Below, piece after piece: positions 26,161 through 39,900 of a stretch of 64,000 nt of DNA. The notes under the pieces were generated by a model, which worked only from the letters and a program-made list of their open reading frames with translations, searched no databases and was not told the origin of the DNA. The DNA is taken from the NCBI RefSeq assembly GCF_964204645.1, contig NC_134031.1, positions 10,542,088-10,606,087 on the forward strand. The letters run 5' to 3'. Position 1 is the first letter of the stretch. Every line of letters begins with the position of its first letter. The DNA is from Tubulanus polymorphus (lineage: Eukaryota > Animalia > Nemertea). A program made the translations under genes and the position numbers.

Positions 26161-26709
26161 CACGTTCGCTGCCACCTAGCGGATTGACCTCCGGTCGCCA
26201 TTGCCAACGCTAATTTTTGACAATTTAAATGCCGCCAGCACTATTTGTACATTGATAAATAAATACAATGATCTATTTTAGTGTAAAAAACCAATGACAA
26301 GATAACTCGTCACTGGCACTGGTGAAGAGATCCTCAATTTTTTCTTGTCCCCATTGCCAGTGTGAAAAATCAAATAAAAATCTAAAGGAATAAAAGTTTT
26401 ATTGTAAAAATGATATAGAATGATTGAAGTCGTTATTTTCTCCAAATATTGGACGGAAAAGAAGCTAAAGTTCATTGCTTTCTGAAGATTTTTTTGAAAA
26501 AATTTCGAGTGTGCACCAGACTTGAGTTACCCCCATAACTAATATCTTAGTCTCTCCATACTACCAGAAAATTGTTAGCTGGTTTCTCGCCTCTGCGAGG
26601 TCATTCATAACGCTATGAAATGACATTGAATCGATGACGATATAACTCGTCATGGCAAACTGCGGTGCACCCACCATGACGATTTATCTTGTCAGCGGCA
26701 GCGAACGTG
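26161..26709. mobile_element. piggyBac-like MITE
   Basis: TIR CACGTTCGCTGCC/GGCAGCGAACGTG, TTAA on both sides; partial copies at about 51800-52258 (same orientation) and 28522-28910 (inverted). Confidence 0.85.
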
Positions 26710-28992
26710 TTAACGAGATATATCCAATTTTCACCAGCATGTGTTTATTTTTCCTTATAAAAGAACATACACAGTTAGACTTAAGACCAAGACCGGAAAT
26801 AAAAAATATCCCACAATTCTTTTTTTCAGGACTAATAACCTGCTAGCACTTTCTGGCTGACTATTCCTTTAGGTTTACGTTTGATGCTCTATCTAATCAT
26901 TCCAGCTTCTAGCTTCTCATCACTGAAAGCCTTTTAACATTAACTGGCAAGTATGATTTTGGAAAACTTCATAACTCAGTAGATCATAGGGATAACCCTA
27001 CATATGAAAGCTCTTTTCACAAGGTTTCAAATGAACCCAAGATTGCAAACTTTGGGGGTTCCTTCAGGGTCTGACCCCTAGGTCAGTGACCCCTAAGGTC
27101 ATTAATATCGTCAGGTCAGCCATAATCAGCACTATCATCAGATTCATCCCACGATGAATTATCATCAGAATCATTCATAACTATGTCCAAAATATCAGTC
27201 AAACTCCATAGAGAGCATTTTTAGTGCATTGGCCAATACTACTGATGATTTTCTAAACTTCAGAAACCCGACCCATGTGACACCTGTTTCTATACCCCTT
27301 TCCTGCTTTCTAAGACATTGCAGGCTGTCTGGATCTGCTCACAGGAAAATGAGTTGGAATGCTTCACAGAAATCAATACTTGTCTATTCTATTCACTATA
27401 GCTATTTTATTCAAATCGGTCGCCATGGACCGATTGCCGGTTAGAGGGTTGAAGCAAATGAATAACAGCCACAGCAAAACTTCTCCGTGAAAATTGTATT
27501 CATATAAGTAGCACAGATGGCAGGAACGAATGCCGCTGATCAATTTTTTCCACTTGTCTTATTGAATTGAATGGGGAATATAATTAAATTGGACTTGGTG
27601 TAATTTTGTTCAATAAAATAAAATTGAATTGGATTTGATATTTTTGCAGGATAAAACTTGATTGAATTTACAATTTTAGCTCATGGCTAATTAGCATATC
27701 AAGGTCATCCATCTGATATGAGAAAAAGTTATTTTTCCCGACCCTTGCGCATTTGTCAAGGACAGAGATGAAAACGGGCAAATCCAAAAGGTCGGAAATG
27801 TCAATTTTAATAAATGAAACTAGTGTTCGCAATGACCAGTTATACCACATTTAGAAAATTTTTTGAAAATTTACCATCAATTGACCCAATCTCCGCGAAG
27901 TTGAGCCACAAAATCAACTATCAAATTGAATTGCACTGGAAGCATCTGAAACATGGTAACAGTCCCAGACGCAGCCACAAGTCTAAAACCCGGCCCGACC
28001 TTAGCCAAACGTCAGATAACACGGGCCGGTTCTGCGTCTGCGATCGGTTTTTTCCATGTTATGCACACAATCAATACAATGTTAATGATTCAAATACATA
28101 TAATTATTGATTCAATTTGTACTGTCTTCTTGACCCGAGATCGGGAAAACACATATAATGAATGCTTTTATGGTTTGCAGCGCTTTTACAGCCACTGTGA
28201 TCTACCGCTCTAATGATCTACCGATCTACCAAACTTTGTGACCCGGATTTACACTGTTCTCAAGAATGATGGAAGTGAAACTAAAAGGTTGGAAATCCGT
28301 CTTTGGATGGACGATTTTCATCCATAGTGCAAATAAAAATTCCTCCATAACACCAAATCAACAAAAAATTTCACAGAAATCGATCTTGAGATACAAATTT
28401 ATATCTTAAAAAAAACCCTGAAGTAAACAGCAGACAAAACCGCCGTTTCATGTGAACACCAGCTGATTTCGGCGGCTATGCCAATCATAGAGGGGACTAT
28501 GATTTCATATTCGATTTTTAACACATTCGCTGCTGATGAAGAGATAATTCATCATGGTGGATGTACCGCAGTTTACCATGAGGAATCATCGATTCAACGT
28601 CAACAACCTGACAGAGGCGAGAAACAAGATAAGAATTGTCTGGCAGCATAAAAGACAAAGATACCATTTATGGGGAGTAACTCAATTATGATGCACATTT
28701 TTTTAAAAATAAGTAACCAAAAAGTATGAATTTCAACTTCTTTTCTGGCCAAGATTTAGAGAGAATATATTGACTTAAATCATTCTATATCATTTAGATT
28801 TCTGTTTGATTTTCCACACTTTTCACTGGAAATAGGGGCAGGAAAAAAGAGAGATCTCTTCACCATAGCCAGTGACGAGTCTCTCATTGGTTTCTTTTTG
28901 TACTAACATAGATCCGATAAATGTTTGGATTTTCGATTTTCAGTTAACTTGTCTAGAAATGTCTAGGATTTCTATAATATGGAGTGAAATAC

Positions 28993-29120
28993 CTTTGATT
29001 TCTTATTCAAAGGAATATCAGGTTTGATGATGTGATGCAGAATCCGTAGACAGGGCAAAGTTATACTCTCCATAACAACTGGATTTTTTATCCTGATGCT
29101 TGACAAGAAAAGCTGCAGTA
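28993..29120 (-). CDS. UBR4: UBR4 exon 7
   Basis: LQLFLSSIRIKNPVVMESITLPCLRILHHIIKP...KKSK; 128 nt. Confidence 0.93.
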
Positions 29121-29681
29121 CTGAAAAACAAAAACAAAAATCAACATTAAACACATTTGCTACCTCTTTCATTCATAGTGAACTGGTAACTTGAAATGAG
29201 AAAAAGTGACCGAATGCCTACACTAATGACTTTTCAATGAGTAGAAGTACAGATTTTCTTGGAAATACAATGGAAAAAAATAAGTGTGAAATCTGTATTG
29301 GGTTGAATTCAAATCATGGGAGAAAACTTACTTTTGGCAAATAATTAAGATAGAAATATCAAGAAAAAAACATTTAAATAAATTTCCCATGGGCACAGTG
29401 TGGTTTACCTTGAAAGCTAAATGTTGTTTGGGGTAAGAGCATTGCTTAAAAAATCATTTTAATTCGTGACTTCAAAGTTCTACAAGTTTAAATATTGTAT
29501 TTTATCTTACTTAAAGGATTATTTTGTAGTCAAATAAGACCAAAGATATACATTTGTTTCTGGTCCACATCCAAAATTTTGTAGGGTACAGGTAGGCGCA
29601 GCATGGAAACTATTTTATATTTTCAAAGAAATATTTTTCATAACATGAAAAAATATTCAAATAAAATTCATATGATGTCAC

Positions 29682-29804
29682 CACAGGGACCTGACAAAAA
29701 AAAAATTTTTGACCCCAGTATCCTAGGTACTATATATAAAAAAACGTTTTTTTTATATAGTACCTAGGATACTGGGGACAAATTTTTTTTGTCAGGTCCC
29801 TGTG
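29682..29804. mobile_element. 123-bp palindromic MITE with 8-bp TSD
   Basis: CACAGGGACCTGAC...GTCAGGTCCCTGTG, near-perfect foldback; TSD GATGTCAC at 29674-81 and 29805-12. Confidence 0.85.
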
Positions 29805-31399
29805 GATGTCACATATCAGAGGGTGGCTGAATGTAGCCTGGTTCCAGTAAGTGTAAAACATATAGCTTAATGGAAGCAGTCCCATAAAACAAAATGCTGG
29901 GTTATTCATGTAGGATGGAGATAATTATATTTTTTCAGTGACATTTTTATATGCAATATTCACTAAAATTTGGCGAAAATGCATCTAGAACGTTTCTATT
30001 TTCAAAATTTTCTTGGGAGAGGCCCCCAAAACACGAACAGGGACTTCCTGCCTATGGCGCTTGCAGTGGCCATAGATGCAATCAAACAAGTTCCACCGTC
30101 TCTAAATTTCAACCTACCAAAAAGAGAGGCTGCATACAGGCCTGCTCGATATATATTGAAATGACTGTTTGTACAAAGTAGCTGAAGTACTTAGAAGATT
30201 TTACGATGGCGCATGGGTATTATGAATATTCTCTTGTAAATGCTGGTCACCAGTGACCGTGATACCACGAAGTGAAGATGTTGTACACGGAAAGGAAAGG
30301 ATTACGGTGGCGTTGGTGAATGTTGGTTGGTTGTGACAAAATTGTTCAGACAGTTTTAGGTGGTAATTAGTACGGAAACGTAACGACCATGGTCGACTTA
30401 TTCGATGAAATCAGGCCTATGTGATATCCAAATTTTGACTTTCTTATTCTCCAGACCTCCCTGATATAGAAATAAAAAATTTTGGTGGTACGAAAGTGCA
30501 ATCACAGCGCCGACGGCGACAGAGCCGTGTCAGAGATCGGCGGAGTGAAAATTGAGGTGGCAAACACGAAGAAGTAGGCTATTGCGCTACTTGAATCGCG
30601 AAAACTCCTGGCGCGGCCCCGACGCTTTTCGTTGATTAAGTAATACAAATATCATGCAATGGGTTTTCACAATCTACCGCCGGTATTTACCGGACTTCAA
30701 TATCACTCCATAATTCAAAGAAACTTCGAAATATCGAATCGGAACACTTCCGGTAGATATCCGCGGCTGCTTAACCGGGAAACTTATTTATTTCAATAGA
30801 TATTGATAGGATCCATCATCTTCACCCGTCAAGGGATTCGAACCCACTAAGCTAAAGCCGTGCCAATCGGGTCGGGCCTATCACAGCGCTTGTAACAAAC
30901 CACATTAGGCTTCTGTGGAATTTCCCAGTAAATGGGCCAATCAGCGAACACGTAGCGAACGCGGAAGTATTGTCGCGTGTTGATACATGACATCATGCGC
31001 AAAAGCGCCAGCAATGAAATCACGATAATCCACGTGAACAGCTGCTGATATTTCAGATAAACCAATCACAGGGAAGACACAACTTCCTGATTGGCTGATG
31101 AAAATTGAAATTTTTTCCGATTTAATTTTCATGAAAAATGCAGAAAATGCATTTTTATGAAACCCTATTTCAAAGTTCTGCTCGCTACGATTCCAAGAAT
31201 GGATTACGCTTAAATACGTGATTTGTTCGAATATGCCCTCACTTGGCAAGCAAAAGTGCCTTTTGTGTGGAAACCATGTCATTTAAATTCGCTCCATTTG
31301 TATAGTAATAGGCTCAGCCTACGGCTGGCCTAAAAACTTGGCAGCTTTTCATGAGTATAAAGATACATGAATTGGGCAACAAGGTAAGTATTAATGTCA

Positions 31400-32111
31400 A
31401 GTAGTTTTATAATCTTCAAGCATTTAAAAAGAGGAGTAGTGTGAGCTAAATAATGCGATTTAGATATCAATTGAATAGCTTTCTTTTGTAAGTTATAAGG
31501 GTTTTAAAAAAGAAACATATGTGTTACCCCAGATAATGTTACAATAGCTTAGGTGACCAAAAAAAATGAATAGTACATTTGTCTAAGTACATTTTGAGAC
31601 AAAAATTTAGATAGTTTACCAATGATACCAATAAATCTTGCTAATTTTTTGGTAATTTGTGTGATGTGGGATTTCGATTTCCAGTTTAAAGTGCTATCTA
31701 TCTGAATACCAAGGAATTTAGTCTCGTGAACTTGGGACAATCTAGCGTCATTGAGATACATATATTGACAGAGTCTTTGAGTTTAGCACAGCTTAATACC
31801 ATACAGTGTGTTTTAGTTAAATTCAGTGATAGCCTATTTGCACGAAACCAAATATCTAATTTGGATAATTCGGAATTTACAATTTCAGTTAGAGTATGAA
31901 TATTATTATGGCTGGCAAAAACATTAGTATCATCGGCAAACAAAATGAGATTAAAAAGGTCAGAAACTTTATCAATATCATTGATATATAATAGAAAAAG
32001 GATTGGTCCCAAAATTGAACCTTGTGGGACTCCACATGATACTGGACAAGGTTTTGAAATAGTGTCATTAAGAGAAACTTTCTGCCACCTATCAGTAAAG
32101 TAGTGGTACAC
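31400..32111 (-). mobile_element. CR1/L2-group LINE RT fragment
   Basis: SCGVPQGSILGPILFLLYINDI, LFADDTNVF, NRLSLNLTKT, KFLGIQIDSTLNW. Confidence 0.9.
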
Positions 32112-32378
32112 CCGTTATTCAACACACTAGGGTGGAATTTTTCAACATTTTCCAAATTATCTCCAGCACTATAGGGTATTGATTAGTCAACACTGAAAGG
32201 GTTAAAAGGAATCTGGCATTATTTGATGCGTGTAGAGCGCTAACAAAAAAGTCCTGTTTCAAGTCCAACCACTCAATATCCAAAGATGAGCTGTTTAGTG
32301 GAGGGATGGATTTAGATCTTAACAATTTCCTTAAGTTTTAAGAATGAAATCACCATGGTGATAGAATGTGTAACTTAC

Positions 32379-32463
32379 CAGCTCTCAGTCTTAGTTCCCA
32401 ACAGCTGTCCTCTTTCTGCACACTACTGGCAAGCAACAAAATCTCATGTCGAACTGATGCTCC
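32379..32463 (-). CDS. UBR4: UBR4 exon 6
   Basis: GASVRHEILLLASSVQKEDSCWELRLRA; 85 nt; GTAAGT donor. Confidence 0.93.
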
Positions 32464-32697
32464 CTAAAAACAATCATATCTCACTATTGATGCATTAGAA
32501 GAAAATTGATTTTACCACATCAGGGATATGTCATGCAGACAGTTCCACAAGTTTGATTTGCATTATTTATTTTGTATGACCAACCACTGATGAGTGCCAT
32601 TCTTTAGATTATTCGTTTATCATTGTCCATGAGCAATATCAATAAGTTTCAAAATTTTAGCATTTTTGTATTTCAAAATTAGTGTTTTAATGCTTAC

Positions 32698-32880
32698 CAG
32701 GTCTGGATTGGCAAGATAGCCATGCATTGCATTAGTAATACGATCCATCAACATAGTATTCAACATGTCAGTTGCTTCTCGATTATCTTTGGTGAGTAGA
32801 CAGAGCAAATGGCGAACGTCTGTACGCACTGATGCTGTTCCACGTCGTAGGTTATATTCAATCAGATCCTTGATCAATCC
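32698..32880 (-). CDS. UBR4: UBR4 exon 5
   Basis: GLIKDLIEYNLRRG...LLCLLTKDNREAT...ANPDL; 183 nt; AG/GTAAG. Confidence 0.94.
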
Positions 32881-33118
32881 CTAAAAAAGAAGGAAATCTT
32901 CAAAATAGTGACACCGTCAGTCGCAAGATAGGATAAGAAGCGATGATTATTCAGATTTGTCACTACTGCTGAGTAGATCTGGTAAATGGAGTGAAGCCAG
33001 AACGGCGTTGCTGAAAGGCTCTTCCATTGATGGATACCTTTTGCTGTATTTGCACCTCTCGGCACAGATCGGAGGCTGGCACGATGAACAGATATGTGAT
33101 GGTGACAGTTATAATTAC

Positions 33119-33227
33119 CTCAGCACAAAGTAGCTGCCTGATACTCGTATTAGTCGCGAGAGCTCGCAGTAATGTTATTGAATGATCCACAGTAGCACTC
33201 GCACATCCATAACATCGACCTGATGAT
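33119..33227 (-). CDS. UBR4: UBR4 exon 4
   Basis: SSGRCYGCASATVDHSITLLRALATN...; 109 nt, phase fits exon 3. Confidence 0.93.
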
Positions 33228-35289
33228 CTAGAAAGATACATGAATTCAAATTTCAAAAGCCTGTCAATGAAACAAAATGCATAGTCTCTAACCAATAGAG
33301 TAACATTTTCATCAGAAATCACAAACTGAAAATATTACTGAAAAAACTATAGAAAACTTTAAACATGTGGCCAGTTCTCCAGCCCCGGCAGGTTTGAATG
33401 ACAAAGATCGTTTTTCATTAGACTGGCTGAGACAGTCTGTTCTGCAAACATTAACAATAACCCTGATAGATCATCTTTGCTTTACAACTGTCAGAGAATG
33501 TCAAGTAAAGATAGGCTGAAAAGTCTTCGAGAGATCTGTCAATTGATGATGATGATGATGAAGGACACTACACTTTTCATATTCGCTTTTAATAAATCAA
33601 TGATGCAATATATCTGTGGGTTACTATATTTGAAAGGCTGAATCCAAGAACATGTCTATCGCACTTTTGAGCCCAAACGTCTACTTTTACTTAGTAGCCA
33701 CTTGAGAACAATAAGCAATTAACGATATCAGATACTTTTCCAGTAGTACACATTTCAAAACAGTCACTCTGAAGTAGTATTCCTTTCAATTTGGTTGGTT
33801 TTCTATAGTGGCTGTTTCGAAGAGTCTACTATTGAAAAGTGACCATTTTAAAACATCTGGTTTCGATAGTGCACACTAGCAGTAGAGGTGACTGTAAAAC
33901 CACCCATCTGTCAACAGTGACTTTGTGATAGTAACTCTTACCATAACAGCTACTCTCAAAACACATCGTTTCTAAAAGCCAACTATTGAAAAGTGACCAT
34001 TTTGAGATGGCATGGTAATTTCCTGTTCAAAATAGCAGCATCTGTTAAAGATTTGCAGTGATACTTGACAGGTTCAAAGGTACTGTTAAACCCTATCTGC
34101 TTTGTATACAGAACTCTGTATGCTTTGAATACAGTTCTGTGAATAGAAAATCAAAGTTTTTGAGTTGCTGAGAATCCCCTAAATTATATCAACATGGATT
34201 AAATCCATTAATACGAAAATATAGTGCCAGTCCTAGAATTTTTAGAATTTTAAGACTTGCGATTATAAAACATTCTGGTGCGTTCATAAATCTTTGATTT
34301 TGTAGAAAAGAAAGACAAAAAATAAATTTTTCTTTTAGGCTTAATTTGTTTTTAAGGGTATATGAGAGAGGAATATACAAATAAAATCATATGTTCAGAA
34401 AATGAATTACGAAAAAAATGTATCTAAAATACTTAGAATTAACCTTGAATTTATTGTTTATTTCGATACAAACGATTTTTAAGTAATCCATGTGATGTTC
34501 ACTTTGTCACCCGGTTCTCTGCTTGTTCGTTCTTGAATATCGTTTTATCGCTTGCTAGAAGTGATAACCTCATCAAAATCTTATTTCGTAGTTATATAGT
34601 TTGGTTGAAAGGAAATTACCAACTATTATGAAAGATCAAAGGGTTAGCGTATAAGAGTTGAGTGTTGAGATGTTCACGTAATTTTGAAATCAGCAAATTC
34701 ATTTGATAGAGAAAAGTTTGTTTGGCTTAAGAAGTGAAAGAAATGTGATAGACTGTAATTTCAGTTTCACATACTTTCCTACTTTGTTGAGTTAATTGTT
34801 TATATAGGTTATCAAAAACTCAGCAGCAGCTATCGGTCAGCAGGTCAATTACACTGGCTAACTAGACAGTGATTGATGAACGAATGAACTAACTGCACTA
34901 ACCACCTAAAGACCATGAACCAAAAGTAATTACCTCTCTTAATAGTAATAAACTTAGCACCGCAATATCTCTATGAGACTTTATTTTATTTTTACGAATC
35001 GATGAACCAATGAATCGCTGAATTATAAGATAATCGTCAGTTTTCTCCAACTAAACTCTTTTTCTCAAATTATCGTAAACCAACGTTACCAATACTTCAA
35101 TTTGTAAGCGAATGCGGGCTAGAACCAACAAGGGTACCGCTTTAAGGTGCAGATATACAGGGAATCCCTCTCATAGCGACAAACTCGGTTGTATATCCCT
35201 TCTGTGCCGAAAAGTTAATAATTTTCGATCTAAACGGCTACAGGACCCGAAGAAGTCGAATAAAATACTCCAAAATTTGTTAACTGTAG

Positions 35290-35514
35290 ATAAATGAAGA
35301 AATTCCACAATAGAATTTTGTATCATGAAATTTATTAAAGTTGAACCACAACGTTTCGGCTGTTGACTGACAGCCATCTGACTAAAAGCCCTTCTCACTA
35401 GGAATGCCTACATGCCACCTGCTGATGGCTGTTAGTCAACAGTCAAAACGTTGCGGTTTCACCTTAACAAATTTTATCATATTTAAAATTCTATTACGGG
35501 ATTTCTTCATTCAT
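35290..35514. mobile_element. Inverted dimer of Penelope family 2-related pLTR ends
   Basis: Both arms resemble 52890-52993 (ATAAATGAAGAAAT...CCACAAC...GCTGTTGACTAACAGCC). Confidence 0.75.
35415..35456 (+). ncRNA. Degenerate hammerhead ribozyme, family 2
   Basis: CCAC-CUGCUGA-UGGCUGUU-aguc-AACAGUC-AAAACGUU-GCGG; the partner arm at 35346-35378 (-) keeps GAAACGUU. Confidence 0.6.
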
Positions 35515-36941
35515 GACCCCAGGGACGATCACCAAAGGCTGTTACCGTAATCCAAATGATATCTTGAATACCATACAAAGTTTCTTCTATTAAATTCGAT
35601 CAAATATGGGCTCTCTTAGAATTTTTAAAATCCACATGGATAAAGCATATTTTGTTTAAAAAAAATCAATGATTTTGCGAAATTAGAATTCAGGGAAATA
35701 GGAACACTCCGAAATGCACATCTTAATTTAAGATGCAAAGACATCCAGGCCCCCGTTGAAAATGAACCACCATTTCAATAATGAGAGGTTAGCCTGAATT
35801 CATGATTGTGCTTTTAATCTAAGAATTTAAATCAATAATAAATGCAGACCTATGCTTGAAAATAGCTGCATTTGTTCAAATTGAATTCATGAAAAGAAGG
35901 AAATTTCGTTTTATCTTAAAACTACATAACTATTGACAATTTGTAAACAAATTTAATTCCAATCTCGACTTTAATTGGTTAGAGTTGGGAATCGCTCATT
36001 ACATTTCACATCCTCAAAGAGTATCTACAATATCTTCGGATCTTAACTGAGTCACTCTTAATGGAACTATACCCCAAACTATAGCTTGAGTAGAGTTTTC
36101 CCGTATGTTTATATTGTCACGTATCACTGCAAATTTGAAGCATATGTTGCTGCCGTGTATTTATAACAGGGAATCTGGCAAGCGATCTCAAATGGTCACT
36201 TTTTAATAGTTGACTTTTAGAAACGATGTGTTTTGAGAGTAGCTGCTATGGTAGGAGTTACTATCACAAAGTCACTGTTAACAGGCGGGTGGTTTTACAG
36301 TCATCTCTACTCCTAGTGTGCACTATCGAAACCAGATGTTTCAAAATGGTCACTTTTCAATAGTAGACTCTTCGAAACAGCCATTTTAGAAAACCAACTG
36401 AATTGAAAGGAATACTATTTCAGAGTGACTGTTTTGAAATGTATACTACTGGAAAAGTAGCTGATATCGTTAATTGCTTATTGTTCTCAAGTGGCTACTA
36501 AGTAAAAGTAGACGTTTGGGCTCAAAAGTGCGATAGACATGTTCTTGGATTCAGCCTTTCGTTTGTTTAACTCTCCACCAATCAATAGACAATTGACATG
36601 TTTTATAAGTAAAAGTACTAACAGAGACTCTGGGCTGGCACAAACGAATACCTAAGATCAATCTTTACTGATCATCTAATGAATAAATGTGAATGTAGAA
36701 TAAAACAAGAGGCCCATGGGCCTTGAAGCATTGGTAGATTATACTGTGGTAAGGTATTAACTAGTTAATGTATTACATCTGCCAGCAAATGTTCTATGAC
36801 GATGTTGATTGGGAGGATCAGACTTAAGGTCAATTTGTGTTAGTTCGATTTTCATTTATGCTGAATTTCGGCACTTTCGCCTTCATAAGATAATAATAAT
36901 AATAACAATAATTTACTAAGCCTGAATTCCATATAATGAAA

Positions 36942-39900
36942 ATTACAATTTTTGGAACTAAAATTTGTATTTCTGAGTAGTACTTACCCTTTCCTATGGT
37001 TTTTGCCAATATTTTCTAAATTTGGATTGATCGCCAATGGTTTTTCTATATGACCCGGCCCTGCGGTATTGCATTTAGCCACCGGCGAAATCCGCCATCT
37101 TTTTACGTCATAGCAGACCAAAAAAAAAAACAGCTATCCGGGGCAGGTGGGCGGGATTCCCACCATAGGAAAGGGTAAGTACTACTCGGAAATACAAATT
37201 TTAGTTCCAAAAATTGTAATATTTCCGTCGAGTACTGTACCCTTTCCTATGGTTTTTGCTAGACTAGCCTAGCACAAGGATGGTGGGAAAGGTAGATAGA
37301 AAAACCACCGCTCAAACGCAAGGTAAGAGGGAAAAAGAGAGCACTTACCCAAGCACGGAATGAAGCACTGTAGCACAGGGAAGACCGATTGGCCACAGTG
37401 AGTCCGTCCAGCTCAGGGGCCCCCCAGAATTTTGCGAAATTAATACTTGCAGATATGAGCCCAAACTATGTACAAGGATACACCCCCTGCGATCCTGATA
37501 ATGCAACATAAATATTCTACACTAAAGGGTCCGATCGGAAAGAACGGACACCTTGAGCCATGACAACAGGACCAAGTGAAGCTAATGAGCCTAACTGGCC
37601 TGAAACATCCCGTAAATAAAATGACGTGAATGTCGATGGAGAATTCCAAAAGGCGGCCCGACAGACTTCCTCCAACGGAGCACCCAAAAAGGCTGCGCAG
37701 GAAGTAGCCATAGACCTCACTTGATGAGAAACCACTCCCTCCGAGGAAAGATTCTCCTTCAATAAAATGTCCCATCGAGACCCATCGGGCCACTGTGTCC
37801 CACGAAATATCACCCTTTAGGTGATCCAGCAGCGTAATAAATAACCGCTCCCGTGAACCCCTCCATGAAGCAGAGCGATCTAAATAGAAACACAACGCCC
37901 GCACAGGACATAAAGTCTTGTCCGGGATGCCCGGTTCCACTCGATGTTTTAGGGCTTCAATTCGCCATTGACGCCCAACCGAGCCTGGTCGTTGGTTCTT
38001 TGCCAAAAATTCCAAAGCAGGCCGCAGCGAAACAAATTCCTTCGCTGGCCCAAAGACAATATGACCTTGTCGGACTGAAAGCGCATGAATTACATGCGAA
38101 ACAGACCGAGCCAAAGATTGGATAATCCGGTCCATTCCCTCCAGTTTTAGGGCAACTGACTCTGGGTCGGAGCCCGCATGAACGGCGGCGTGAGTCTCGC
38201 GAAGCTCACCCGTCAACACCTTAAGTGCCATATCTTGAAACGAACCAACCCTGGTAAGATTGTCCAGGATTGATGTCATGGCCACCAAACCGGACTTAGG
38301 CAAACGAATACCCGACTGTGCTGTAACAGTATCCGGGCTGATCAAAGTATAATCAGCATCCAGGCAGTTATGACTGTGATCCACAGCACCTGGAGTTGCG
38401 TAATACGCCGAGTGAAACGCGCCTATAGGTGGATCGGTCGAACTAAAATATTTCCCAGATTTCATACCCCGTTCTGGAGGGGGAAATGAAAATGTTCCAG
38501 GCCGACATTCACCCCATAATTGCGTATCCAATCGAGCCCATTCTCTCGAAACCGCCGACGATTCCCGTAAAACGTTAAGATCGGAGTCCGGAGGGCGATA
38601 AGCTTCCATTGACTCACCGACCAGAGGAGCTGATGTGGGCTTAGCGCAAGTTGCCCCGTGCTTGACAAAGAACTCACTTATCATCGCTCTAAATGGCATG
38701 TCCCCCGCTGGTTCGGATAAAACTGAACGGGACGGAGATACATTGCGAGCCAGGGAAGCCCCCATCGTCTGGGGCAACCCACAATTGCTCGCGACAGGAA
38801 CGACCCCAGAAGGAATTGCCGCTTCTGGAACCGGATCCTCATTGAAATCAGACCCTACCGCAGCATCGAGGAATTCAGATACCTACTAGAAGAATCGCCT
38901 TCATCGCTAACCGACGTCGACGAACGATGAGAAGACCGACGGCGAAACTTCCGACAATAACTATCGTAGTCCCTCTCGCGATCAAACCTTGATCTGCGAG
39001 AAGGAGATCTTGCTCGTTTATTACGCTCACGGCGTTTAGATCTAGTGGAAGAGCGAGCTCTATCCCCGGAGCGACGATCAGAATCAGACGATGAACGTAC
39101 CGGATGTTTTGAACCGGATGACGTCTGGACCGGACCGGTGCCCGAACCGGACCGATGCCCGACCCGGATGGGACCGGTACCAACCGAACCGGCGCGGGCA
39201 GTTCCCGACTACCGCGGCGCGCGCTCGGTTCAGAACATGTAGTCTGAACCGGCCGAACTGGTGAACGACCAGGGACCGGTGAATGACCGGAGACCGGTGC
39301 CGGTGAACCGGCGTTCCTCCCCGGTGAACGGAATTGGGAAGCCGATCGTACCAGAACGACCGGCGACCGCTCCGCTATACGACTAGAAACAGGATTAGAG
39401 ACGTCGGTTGGCACGTCGGCCGAAACCGACGAATCCCTGCTAATAACTCGACGACGATCTCTTAGTTTAAGAGCCTTATCGGCCCGAAGCCAAAGGTCCT
39501 TGGACCACATCTCGCAAATCTTGCAAGGATTGCTCCTTGCACATATTTGACCGGATTTGCGCCTGCACGACGCACACGAATCGTGGTTGTCCCAGGCACC
39601 AAACAAATGCCCGCATCCCTCCCCGCCACGATGTTGACCCTTAGGAGGGGGTGGCATAATTATCCTGTCACAAAAATTAATTCAATTCAATCAAATTATA
39701 TTTGTAAATAAAATTCTTATGGAAAAATAGAAACCAGGGATAACCCCCAAACCGAACGGACTCACCGTTATGAGAGTGAAAACTCCCTAATATCCTAATT
39801 CCCAGATTTTTACGGCTAAAAAATCCAACGCGTTCTACTGCGAGAACGCCAAGAAAAAAGATGGCGGATTTCGCCGGTGGCTAAATGCAATACCGCAGGG

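Larger units (their letters stand above)
33632..36560. mobile_element. Foldback-type element with ~375-bp TIRs
   Basis: 33632-34008 is the near reverse complement of 36185-36560; AT-rich non-coding interior; no TSD seen. Confidence 0.8.
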
